Origin: an uncultured virus (IMG/VR IMGVR_UViG_3300044727_000045)
Taxonomy: Duplodnaviria; Heunggongvirae; Uroviricota; Caudoviricetes
Direction: 5' to 3' (one strand)
Virus record (IMG/VR): IMGVR_UViG_3300044727_000045
DNA: 64,000 bases
The notes under the pieces were generated by a model, which saw only the letters and a program-made list of their open reading frames with translations, did no database searches and was not told where the DNA came from. How positions within the stretch are numbered: the stretch's first letter is position 1; every line of letters begins with the position of its first letter. Below, in pieces: positions 1 through 7,339 of the stretch. The translations under genes and the position numbers were made by a program.

Positions 1-60
1 GCAGTCTCACAACAACGACGTGAAAGAAGCGTTTTACGATATATTCGGGGCCAACAAAAA

Positions 61-360
61 GTGAAGTGCATAGTCTGCAAGCAGCCACAATTCGTGGCCC
101 AAACCGAGTTTGACGTGGTGTGTGGGGAGTGCAACGAGAACCTGGAGGGTACGTTTACTGGCGACCACCCCACGTTCTATGCCCCAATCGACGATGAATA
201 CATCGTGGGGGTGCAGGTAGAGACGTTTGCCTGTGACAAGCAGGTAGTCAACAGGACGCTGGAGCAGTTGCTGGCCGAGACCACGGTGTACGCTGAGGTC
301 ACCTGCCCATGCCCCCGAGACGAAACACGCTGGAATGTTGGGGAGCACCATCACCTTTAG
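61..360 (+). CDS. hypothetical protein with CxxC motifs
   Basis: GTG-start 99-aa ORF, CIVC and CGEC pairs. Confidence 0.5.
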   Translation: MKCIVCKQPQFVAQTEFDVVCGECNENLEGTFTGDHPTFYAPIDDEYIVGVQVETFACDKQVVNRTLEQLLAETTVYAEVTCPCPRDETRWNVGEHHHL

Positions 361-418
361 GTGGTGCTTTTCCCTTGGTATACTGTTCATGATGCCAATT
401 ATCACTTCAATTGAGGCC

Positions 419-670
419 ATGCGTCAACAGGGTACGCGCTATGAAGTATATCGCTTGGCTGTGGAGGCGGGCTTCTACAACGAGGGGCCTGAGACTGTAG
501 TCTACAAAGGCTACCAGATCACCCCTGATGAGGGAGCTTTCAGTATTATTCAGCACGGTGCGGTGCTTACCCGCATGCAGAACCTGTACGTTTCAAAGGT
601 GTGGATTGCGTGCCGCGTCCACAAATGCGGCTTGATCGCGGCCAACACCATAGTGAAAGAAGGCAACTAA
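419..670 (+). CDS. hypothetical protein
   Basis: ATG at 419 after GAGG, MRQQGTRYEV...; in frame with ORF 335..670. Confidence 0.55.
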   Translation: MRQQGTRYEVYRLAVEAGFYNEGPETVVYKGYQITPDEGAFSIIQHGAVLTRMQNLYVSKVWIACRVHKCGLIAANTIVKEGN

Positions 671-671
671 C

Positions 672-812
672 GTGGGCTACTGTGACAAGTGCAACAAGTT
701 TCGGGAACTGAGATTTCTAGTGTCATACGCCAGGGGCGTGCGAGTGGCTACGGCGGTGTGCAGCGACTGCGACCGTACGCTGGTCTACAAGCACGTATAC
801 ATGGGGACGTAA
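672..812 (+). CDS. small zinc-ribbon protein (46 aa, not in ORF track)
   Basis: GTG start right after upstream stop; MGYCDKCNKF...AVCSDCDRTLVYKHVYMGT*. Confidence 0.55.
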   Translation: MGYCDKCNKFRELRFLVSYARGVRVATAVCSDCDRTLVYKHVYMGT

Positions 813-1126
813 AATCTGGCACTCATACGACCATATGATTCCCTCCCATACTAGTGACTAAATGTCCTAAGCCGTATTGCGGTTGGGGGTAGTGAATTGA
901 GAAACCTAAAGTGTTGATTTTGAGAAGCCTGTGTAATGGGCGGCTCTACTTGGCGGCATCTGATCCCTACATCGCGTCACAAGATGATCCCTGGCGGCTA
1001 GTTATTCAGGGTTACCCTATACAGCATGCAGTGAATGGTGTATGTTCTGTTTCTATTCTGTGATAAAATGTTGATTTTCCTACTCTTATTCACTGCGAGT
1101 CTCTAAATCTCCTATGATATGATCGT

Positions 1127-1525
1127 AAAATCCGGCACAATCACCAGAAAGACGGTAGTTTCTTAGATTAATTGATCCCTGATCCCTGATCTGTCTTCCC
1201 TAATCATTCAGTTCCTCGCTGGGGCACAAATGCGTCTTCGGCCTAAAAATAGGCCTCTGTGACGCCCCCACTTTTCCCGTCTTTACGTTCATTTTGTTCG
1301 CTTTTGCTATAGGGGGTACTTTGGGGGGGACTGAGAGCTAAAATCTGGCCAAGTCCCACAGGGGACGGTAGCTTCTATAGATCCTTGATCCCTGATCAAC
1401 CTCCAGGATCTGGCCGTCGCCCCCACAAGACGGTAGTTTCAGGGGGATCCCTGATCTCGAGATCCTTGATCAGCCCTGGGAGACGACGAAAAATCTGGCC
1501 GTCATCCCAGAGGGACGGTAGATTC
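1127..1525. repeat. four copies of bipartite motif AAAATCTGGC-N14-GACGGTAGNTTC, three followed by GATCCCTGATC
   Basis: copies start 1127, 1340, 1405, 1490; GACGGTAG always begins 24 nt after the copy start; partial copy at 811. Confidence 0.8.
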
Positions 1526-1563
1526 AATGGATGTGGAGGCCGAGGTACGTACGCACGTACCGG

Positions 1564-1793
1564 GTTAGTGCGCACGCACTAACGGCGGCAGTTTGCACGA
1601 ACTAACGCAGTTAGTTTGCACTAACTAAGGCGGTTAGTTTGCGCTTAGCTGGGGCAGCAGTTTGCACATACTAACGCTGTTAGTTTGCGCTGTCCGCGGG
1701 CGTTAGTTTGCATACACTAAGGCGGTTAGGATGCGCTGCCCAGGGCCGGCAGTTTGCACATACTAACGCTGTTAGTTTGCGCTAATTGCCGCC
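1564..1793. repeat. tandem array of ten degenerate 23-bp units, core (GTT/GGC)AGTTTGC
   Basis: core A at 1567,1590,1613,1636,1659,1682,1705,1728,1751,1774 (exact 23-bp period). Confidence 0.9.
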
Positions 1794-1824
1794 GCCGCAC
1801 CACCGCCGCGCCGCCGCGCGCCAG

Positions 1825-1840
1825 CGTTTCACGTGAAAAC
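1825..1840. promoter_or_regulatory. parS-like palindrome
   Basis: CGTTTCACGTGAAAAC vs parS consensus TGTTTCACGTGAAACA (13/16). Confidence 0.35.
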
Positions 1841-2349
1841 TGCAATGTACCAATGTGCAAGATGCAAGCGCCGCCTGCCGCGTGTTTTCACACTTTCCCG
1901 AAACTTCCTACTCTGCCTGACAGAGATAAATCACGGTTGAGCGGCAGCGCCAGACGGTTGAGGACGGTTGAGATTTGTGTACCAGTTTCGTTACCTGCCG
2001 CCAATCTCGCCAGACTGCAAAATGCCACCTTATGTAACACGCCGCCCCTGGTAAGCGCCTAACTGCCGCCTTGCCGCCGGTTGAGTTTTACATTGTTTAC
2101 TTGGGTCTTTTTGAGATGCGCCATATAAAGGGTGTGCACGGCGGACCACGTCCGACAAGTGCAAACGCCAGCGGGTATGTAGGGTGACAAGAGCCGTCGT
2201 GCAGCAAACACTGCACTTGCAACGGGACTCAGCCTGAACAATGGCGAACTTACGGCAGCATGCCAAACCCTGCCGTAGGCATACGATCTTCCGACCGCGC
2301 CGCGCGTCACCTTGACGCCGCGCCTAGCAGTGGAGTGAAACATTCCCTA

Positions 2350-3555
2350 ATGGGACGTAAGACCACCGCCGCCGATGCGGCCAACACCACCGACGTCGCC
2401 GCGCTGAGCGACACCGCCGATACCACCGTGGAGCCAATGCAGAACATTACCGACACCGCCGCCGCCGATGCGGCGAGCAGCACCGTCACCGCCTCCACCG
2501 CCGATGGCACCGTTGAGGTGTCCGCCGAACGGCTGGCGCTCGCAAAGATTGATGGTGCACTGGCCAGCATGCCTGAGGGACACGCGGCGCGCCCCGCACT
2601 GGTCGCTCGCCGTGTCGCCGCACTCGCCGCTGTTGAAGCGTCGGACGCCGCCGCTGCCATCGCCGCCGAACGCGCCAGCGAGGAATCGGACGCGCGCAAC
2701 ACCGCCGCCGAATTCGGACTCGACGCCGATGTGCTCACCGAAATGCTCGCCGCCATTGAAGCGAAATACGCGCCAGTTGCGGACCCGACGCCAGACGCCA
2801 TCGCCGCCATTGTCGAGTTCGGACGCCGCCGTGGTCCGTCTGAGCGAACGATCAGCGCGAACGCGGACGCCGCCGCCGACACCACATACGCGGCGCGCGC
2901 CGCCGATGCCGCCGCCGCGTTTGACAAAGATAGCGGCGCGTTGTCGTGCAACGTTCACGCGCGCCCCAACACGCGTTACAGCGGCATGCTGGCGCTTGCA
3001 CCATCCTCGACGGGGGTTGCGAACTACGCGGACTACGATCGCCTGACGCGCGCCATTCGCCACCATCTGGTCACCGTCAAGCGTTGGCCAGTGAGCGATT
3101 CCGATGGCCAGTCGGTGCCTGAGCACAAGTGGCTGGCAGCGCGCGGTCGGTACGTGATCGGCGGCGGCGTGAAGTCCGCCATTGATTGTTTCCGAAGCCG
3201 CGCGGAGCTTGCGCTGTACGCGGACGGCCGTTTCCGTTGGGCGTTGCCGAACACCCCCAACGTCCGATGGTTGCGCACCGACAACGCGGCCTACGCGCTG
3301 TTCGTCGGCGGCACCGCGCCAGCTGCGCCAGCTGCGCCAGCTGCGCCAGTCACCGCGCCGCGCCAGACCCCCACACCGCCGACGCCGCCCACACCCCCCA
3401 CGGGGGGTGAAGCGGCCAGCGGCACCGCTCAGAGTGACACCCTGCCGCAAGGCTCGCTCACCACCACCGCACGGTGCGTGTCGTGCGCCTCGCGCAACGT
3501 CACCACCGCCGCCGAGTGCGTGAACTGCGGTGAGACGGCATGGCTAGCGGACTGA
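2350..3555 (+). CDS. Ala-rich hypothetical protein with Pro/Thr linker and C-terminal double CxxC zinc ribbon
   Basis: long ORF with consistent GCC/ACC codon bias; ends CVSC...CVNCGETAWLAD; start uncertain (2335 or 2350). Confidence 0.75.
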   Translation: MGRKTTAADAANTTDVAALSDTADTTVEPMQNITDTAAADAASSTVTASTADGTVEVSAERLALAKIDGALASMPEGHAARPALVARRVAALAAVEASDAAAAIAAERASEESDARNTAAEFGLDADVLTEMLAAIEAKYAPVADPTPDAIAAIVEFGRRRGPSERTISANADAAADTTYAARAADAAAAFDKDSGALSCNVHARPNTRYSGMLALAPSSTGVANYADYDRLTRAIRHHLVTVKRWPVSDSDGQSVPEHKWLAARGRYVIGGGVKSAIDCFRSRAELALYADGRFRWALPNTPNVRWLRTDNAAYALFVGGTAPAAPAAPAAPVTAPRQTPTPPTPPTPPTGGEAASGTAQSDTLPQGSLTTTARCVSCASRNVTTAAECVNCGETAWLAD

Positions 3556-3914
3556 CGCGCGCCAGCGTTCGCGGGAGCGCCTTTCCCGCTGTATGGCACC
3601 GATACCCCCGCTTGGGGGTATTCGCCACACTGGCACCGCGCCAGCGGAATCTTCACGTAGCGCGCGCCAGCACCCGTGCACCGCGTGCACCGCGCTACAC
3701 GGTGGTTGACGTGAACGAACGCGGAGCGGCCTACTACGCGCCGCCGAGCACACCTCGCGCGCCGCACTGGTCACCGTTGCAAGCCGCGCTGATTGACGCC
3801 GTGCGAATGCTCCGCCGATGGGATCGGTACGCGAGCGCCGCCGTGCCAGCGGCAGAACCTAACCAGCCTCTCGACGGATGCCGCTGCCGCGCGTGCATCC
3901 TACGCGCCGCGTAG
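3540..3914 (+). CDS. hypothetical protein, C-terminal CxCxxC
   Basis: same codon style as upstream gene; true start unclear. Confidence 0.35.
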   Translation: MASGLTRASVRGSAFPAVWHRYPRLGVFATLAPRQRNLHVARASTRAPRAPRYTVVDVNERGAAYYAPPSTPRAPHWSPLQAALIDAVRMLRRWDRYASAAVPAAEPNQPLDGCRCRACILRAA

Positions 3915-4040
3915 CACTACGGGGTGACTGCCAGCACCCCCTACGCGCCCCTGGCCAGCGCAAGGTACCGCCGCGCCACATACGGCGCGGCCTACCATGG
4001 GGGCGAAGGTACCAGCGATCGTTGGATAGATCCGAAACTA

Positions 4041-4526
4041 TCATGACCGTTGACCATTGACCCTTCGAAGAGTCTGTATAGCTCGAAACTCAATGCCCCG
4101 CACCGACCCCTCGCGTATATCCAGCCGCTGCCCTATTTCCGCCGTGGTTAGCTGCTGGAGGTACCTTAGACGCATGACAGTCTGCTGTATACTGGTCAAC
4201 TGTTGTATCAGTGACTCCAACGCATCTATATCTTCAATCTCGAAGTGCTGCCCACTTGAGGGTTCAGTTAGCTGAGCCTCTAAACTGACTACTGGATGCA
4301 GTACCCTTAGATAGTCAATGTAGGTGTTGTGGGCTATACGGTACAGCCACCGCAAGGCTCCCTTGCCCTCCCTGACTTCATACGTATCCTTGTGTAGCCA
4401 GGCCTGAACAAACGTTATCTCGGTTAGATCTTCAGCGTCGTACTTGGACAGCCTGCGTCGCAGCATGTACACATAGATCTGCCACCAATGTTCAGCGTAG
4501 AGTTGGCTGAAGGTGGCAGGGTCCAT
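4041..4526 (-). CDS. RNA polymerase sigma-70 family (ECF-type) sigma factor
   Basis: region 2 DAEDLTEITFVQAW, WLYRIAHNTYIDYLR; region 4 LTTAEIGQRLDIREGSVRGIEFRAIQTLR. Confidence 0.9.
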   Translation of the reverse strand: MDPATFSQLYAEHWWQIYVYMLRRRLSKYDAEDLTEITFVQAWLHKDTYEVREGKGALRWLYRIAHNTYIDYLRVLHPVVSLEAQLTEPSSGQHFEIEDIDALESLIQQLTSIQQTVMRLRYLQQLTTAEIGQRLDIREGSVRGIEFRAIQTLRRVNGQRS

Positions 4527-4528
4527 GG

Positions 4529-4717
4529 CTACTTACCGCGACGCTTTGGCTTCTCACAGACATGGTCATTAGGGACAATGAGCTGGCAATCCACGCATAC
4601 ATACCGGCCATAGCTTATTTCCCTAAGGCACTGCCAGCGACGGTCTGGGTGCTCAGCTTCTCTTCTCTCTTTGGTTACCAGTACACTGTCGCCGTAGTAA
4701 TGGCAAACGATGCACAC
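4529..4717 (-). CDS. small Cys-rich hypothetical protein
   Basis: GGAGG RBS upstream; CIVC, CVDC motifs; abuts sigma gene. Confidence 0.55.
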   Translation of the reverse strand: MCIVCHYYGDSVLVTKERREAEHPDRRWQCLREISYGRYVCVDCQLIVPNDHVCEKPKRRGK

Positions 4718-4742
4718 TATGGATCCTCCATGAGGATACGTC

Positions 4743-5042
4743 TTAGGGTTCTACGAAGGTTGGCGGGATTGGGACGTAATCCTCGACTGGAGGAGGAATA
4801 TCTATGGTTGCAAGAGGCTCTGGGTCTGGTGGGGCTGCGGGGGTAGGGAGAATACCCAGCTCCAGCATGATAAACTGCAACGTTCTGTCTAGCATGTCAT
4901 CGTCGGGGCTATGCAGCCCCTCCAACGTTATAGTTATCACGGTATTGCCACCAAGCTGCTCAGAGGAGATCTGTCCGTTGCTTCGCTCTACACTCATTTG
5001 TAAACCACCCAGATCACAAAGGCTAACATCAAGGCCAGGCAT
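4743..5042 (-). CDS. hypothetical protein, Pro-rich C-terminus
   Basis: ORF co-oriented in the minus-strand block; start may be MSVERS. Confidence 0.45.
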   Translation of the reverse strand: MPGLDVSLCDLGGLQMSVERSNGQISSEQLGGNTVITITLEGLHSPDDDMLDRTLQFIMLELGILPTPAAPPDPEPLATIDIPPPVEDYVPIPPTFVEP

Positions 5043-5064
5043 ATCCAGGCCACCACCACAGTCT

Positions 5065-5415
5065 TCACCGTTTTGCGCGCCGTCGTCTCAAGATTCTCTT
5101 GTACACCTCTTCGATCTCTTCGTCGGTCATCTTCTCGATGCTGATTAGCTCGTTGCTCACTTTTGGCTCAGCTTCGACGAGGGCATCCAGTTTCAGGTGC
5201 AGTGCCTTGTTATCCCGGTTCTGGGTGTACTGGATGATGAAGACGAGCCAGAAAGTAATGACGGTGGTTGCGGTGTTGATTACTAGTTGCCAGGTATCGC
5301 TGTAGTTGAATAGAGGGCCTGTGATAGCCCACAAGACGACTACTGCGACGCTAAGCACAAAGGCCCACCACGTACCTACGTAGTGAGCTACTGCTTCGCT
5401 AAATCGCTGAAACAA
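5065..5415 (-). CDS. low-affinity iron permease family (Fet4-like) membrane protein
   Basis: signature WAITGPLFNYSDTWQLVINTATTVITFWLVFIIQYTQNRDNKALHLKLDAL; TTG start after AAGGAG. Confidence 0.88.
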   Translation of the reverse strand: MFQRFSEAVAHYVGTWWAFVLSVAVVVLWAITGPLFNYSDTWQLVINTATTVITFWLVFIIQYTQNRDNKALHLKLDALVEAEPKVSNELISIEKMTDEEIEEVYKRILRRRRAKR

Positions 5416-5476
5416 GGGACTCTCCTTAGAGGTCCATTAGAACCTCTTTGTCTGCTCGCCAGCTTGTGGGCTGCTG

Positions 5477-5710
5477 CTATCGTAGCAGTTTGGGACTGTA
5501 GCGACGAAAGCCTCTCGGTTGGCGCGGCACAGTGGACAGTCTGGTTTCCTGGTGTGGACTGGCAAGCTTCCGGATACCTGCTCCGTCTTTGGATCTGATG
5601 ACATCTGTTATGTCTACTCCCAGTAAATGTATATACGGGCGCGCGACACCAACGACTTCACCTGTGGCTTCGGTCTCGATGATGCCTTTTCTCAGGATGT
5701 AGAGTGACAT
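5477..5710 (-). CDS. hypothetical protein
   Basis: MSLYILRKG... just downstream of a TGCTATACT extended -10. Confidence 0.4.
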   Translation of the reverse strand: MSLYILRKGIIETEATGEVVGVARPYIHLLGVDITDVIRSKDGAGIRKLASPHQETRLSTVPRQPRGFRRYSPKLLR

Positions 5711-5757
5711 CCAGGGGCTAGTATAGCAAAATTGACAGCGCCCCATATAAGTAGGGT

Positions 5758-5786
5758 TTGCATCAATTTGCCCCCGAGTGTATCAT
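5758..5786 (+). promoter_or_regulatory. sigma-70-type promoter, probably leaderless into terS
   Basis: TTGCAT-17-TATCAT, ATG 7 nt downstream. Confidence 0.6.
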
Positions 5787-5793
5787 AAAGCGC

Positions 5794-6450
5794 ATGGGCC
5801 AAAAGGTTATGAGAAACGGTAGAAAGAGGTCGGCGCAGACGAACTTTCTACCTGCCTTCCGGGAGAAAGTGTTCAGGATCTGGTTGCACAACGAACAGAA
5901 TGCAACTCAGACTGCACGCATCTGCAAGGATAGGCTAAAGACTGAGATATCTGTGCCAACCATTACCAGATGGCGGGACAGATGGGACTGGGAAGCTAAA
6001 GCTGCGGTCTATCACAACGAGCTGCAAAGAATGCTGCGCACCAGCGAGGACCCCGTCTTGCAGCAGTTGGCAATGGACGACATCGAGACTGCCAAGGTAC
6101 TGTCTCAGATCCAGCATATCATGCGGGAGGTTTTGAGGTACCCCAAGCGTTACGGTATGTTCCCCAAAAACGTTGGTGAAGCCATCAACCTGATGAAGTT
6201 CACCAGAGAAGAGCGCGAGCGAATTCTCAAGAAAACCAACGGGCAGCCCATCACTACCCCTGGCGGCGGGAACGTTACCTACTACGACCAGAGGAAGAAC
6301 GAGCTCAAAGTCTCGTTTGACCAGCTACCTCCAGAGCAGCAGCGTATCCTGATGGGCCAACTTTCTTCAGTCAATGGGCAAGCCAGCCGGGCCAGCATGG
6401 TAGCCAGGAAGGAGGCCTTTGCGGATGACGATAGTCAATCCGTTCCATGA
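5794..6450 (+). CDS. terS: putative terminase small subunit
   Basis: N-terminal HTH (ISVPTITRWRDRWDWEAK), helical body, position upstream of terL. Confidence 0.6.
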   Translation: MGQKVMRNGRKRSAQTNFLPAFREKVFRIWLHNEQNATQTARICKDRLKTEISVPTITRWRDRWDWEAKAAVYHNELQRMLRTSEDPVLQQLAMDDIETAKVLSQIQHIMREVLRYPKRYGMFPKNVGEAINLMKFTREERERILKKTNGQPITTPGGGNVTYYDQRKNELKVSFDQLPPEQQRILMGQLSSVNGQASRASMVARKEAFADDDSQSVP

Positions 6451-6601
6451 GGCCCCTGAGACGTGCCCAAAATGCCTGGACCAGATTATCAAGATCAGGC
6501 AGGGCAAACTGAAGGGGGTGGTCCTTAGCTGCCACCCGCTAGACCAAATATCGGACGAGAACCTGGCAAAGTACATCCAATCTAAAAAGGTACCTGACTA
6601 A
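6425..6601 (+). CDS. small hypothetical protein
   Basis: GGAGG RBS; CPKC; TAATG coupling to next ORF. Confidence 0.45.
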   Translation: MTIVNPFHEAPETCPKCLDQIIKIRQGKLKGVVLSCHPLDQISDENLAKYIQSKKVPD

Positions 6602-6678
6602 TGGGCTACGGCATCGGTGGGCTGATCATCACTATTCTAGTTATCCTCGTCTTGCTCAAGATCCTCGGGGTTGTATGA
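6601..6678 (+). CDS. 25-aa single-pass membrane peptide (not in ORF track)
   Basis: MGYGIGGLIITILVILVLLKILGVV*, translationally coupled on both sides (TAATG, ATGA). Confidence 0.6.
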   Translation: MGYGIGGLIITILVILVLLKILGVV

Positions 6679-7247
6679 TCGATGTTGCACCCCCATCGAC
6701 ACGTACTGCTCGTGCTGCGATGAAGGTCGAGCGGGACGGAGCCCGAAACAACGCGGAGCGGGTCATTGCCATTCTGACGCCACTGTTCGTCAAGGCTCAG
6801 GAAACCGACAGTCCCGACGAGGAAACTATCGGCGGTGCGTTGGACGTGCTTACTGGCTGGTTTGGGCAAAACGGCTTGCCACTACGGAAGCTGGATGAAC
6901 TAGAGAAGGAGCGCGACGAACTGCGCGCCGAGAACGAGCGGCTACGCGTCAAGGCCATCACCGACAAAGAATGGATCGACGGTTGTCACCGCGCCCTCAA
7001 AGAGAAGGACGCCCAACTAGATGAGGTGCGACGCGTTGTCCGCTCAGGCATACCCATTGACCGAGAGGATGCGTTGGCCGCGTGGCGCAGGCTCGAAGCC
7101 GCAGAGAGAATTCGCGCCGAACGTACTCTGCAGGCCACAACCCACGAAATCGCAGAACTCCGCGCCGCGAACGAGCGGCTGCACAAAGAGAACGATTGCC
7201 TGAAGGCCCAGAACTCTTTGCTAAAGATGCACTTGGAGGACAAATGA
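6675..7247 (+). CDS. coiled-coil hypothetical protein
   Basis: ELRAENERL heptad repeats. Confidence 0.7.
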   Translation: MIDVAPPSTRTARAAMKVERDGARNNAERVIAILTPLFVKAQETDSPDEETIGGALDVLTGWFGQNGLPLRKLDELEKERDELRAENERLRVKAITDKEWIDGCHRALKEKDAQLDEVRRVVRSGIPIDREDALAAWRRLEAAERIRAERTLQATTHEIAELRAANERLHKENDCLKAQNSLLKMHLEDK

Positions 7248-7339
7248 ATCCTTGGATAATCGTCATCATAGGCTGGTGCATCGTAGCTGTAGTTCTCTCT
7301 GTGTTTCTTGCTAGATACTTCAGGTCTCAGAAACAATGA
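7244..7339 (+). CDS. small membrane peptide
   Basis: MNPWIIVIIGWCIVAVVLSVFLARYFRSQKQ; GGAGG RBS; ATGA overlaps. Confidence 0.55.
   Translation: MNPWIIVIIGWCIVAVVLSVFLARYFRSQKQ

Noticed and set aside
1127..1525. CRISPR mini-array from the ~36-bp motif
   Set aside because: Variable centre within each copy and irregular spacing (213, 65, 85 bp)
1564..1793. CRISPR array
   Set aside because: 23-bp total period leaves no room for spacers; units are degenerate; no cas genes seen
1385..2343. Short ORFs in the repeat region
   Set aside because: No RBS or coding signature; they overlap the repeat arrays
2307..3450. Long minus-strand ORFs (214 and 367 aa) in the island
   Set aside because: Shadow frames of a GC-rich gene; the plus frame has the coherent codon bias and Zn ribbon
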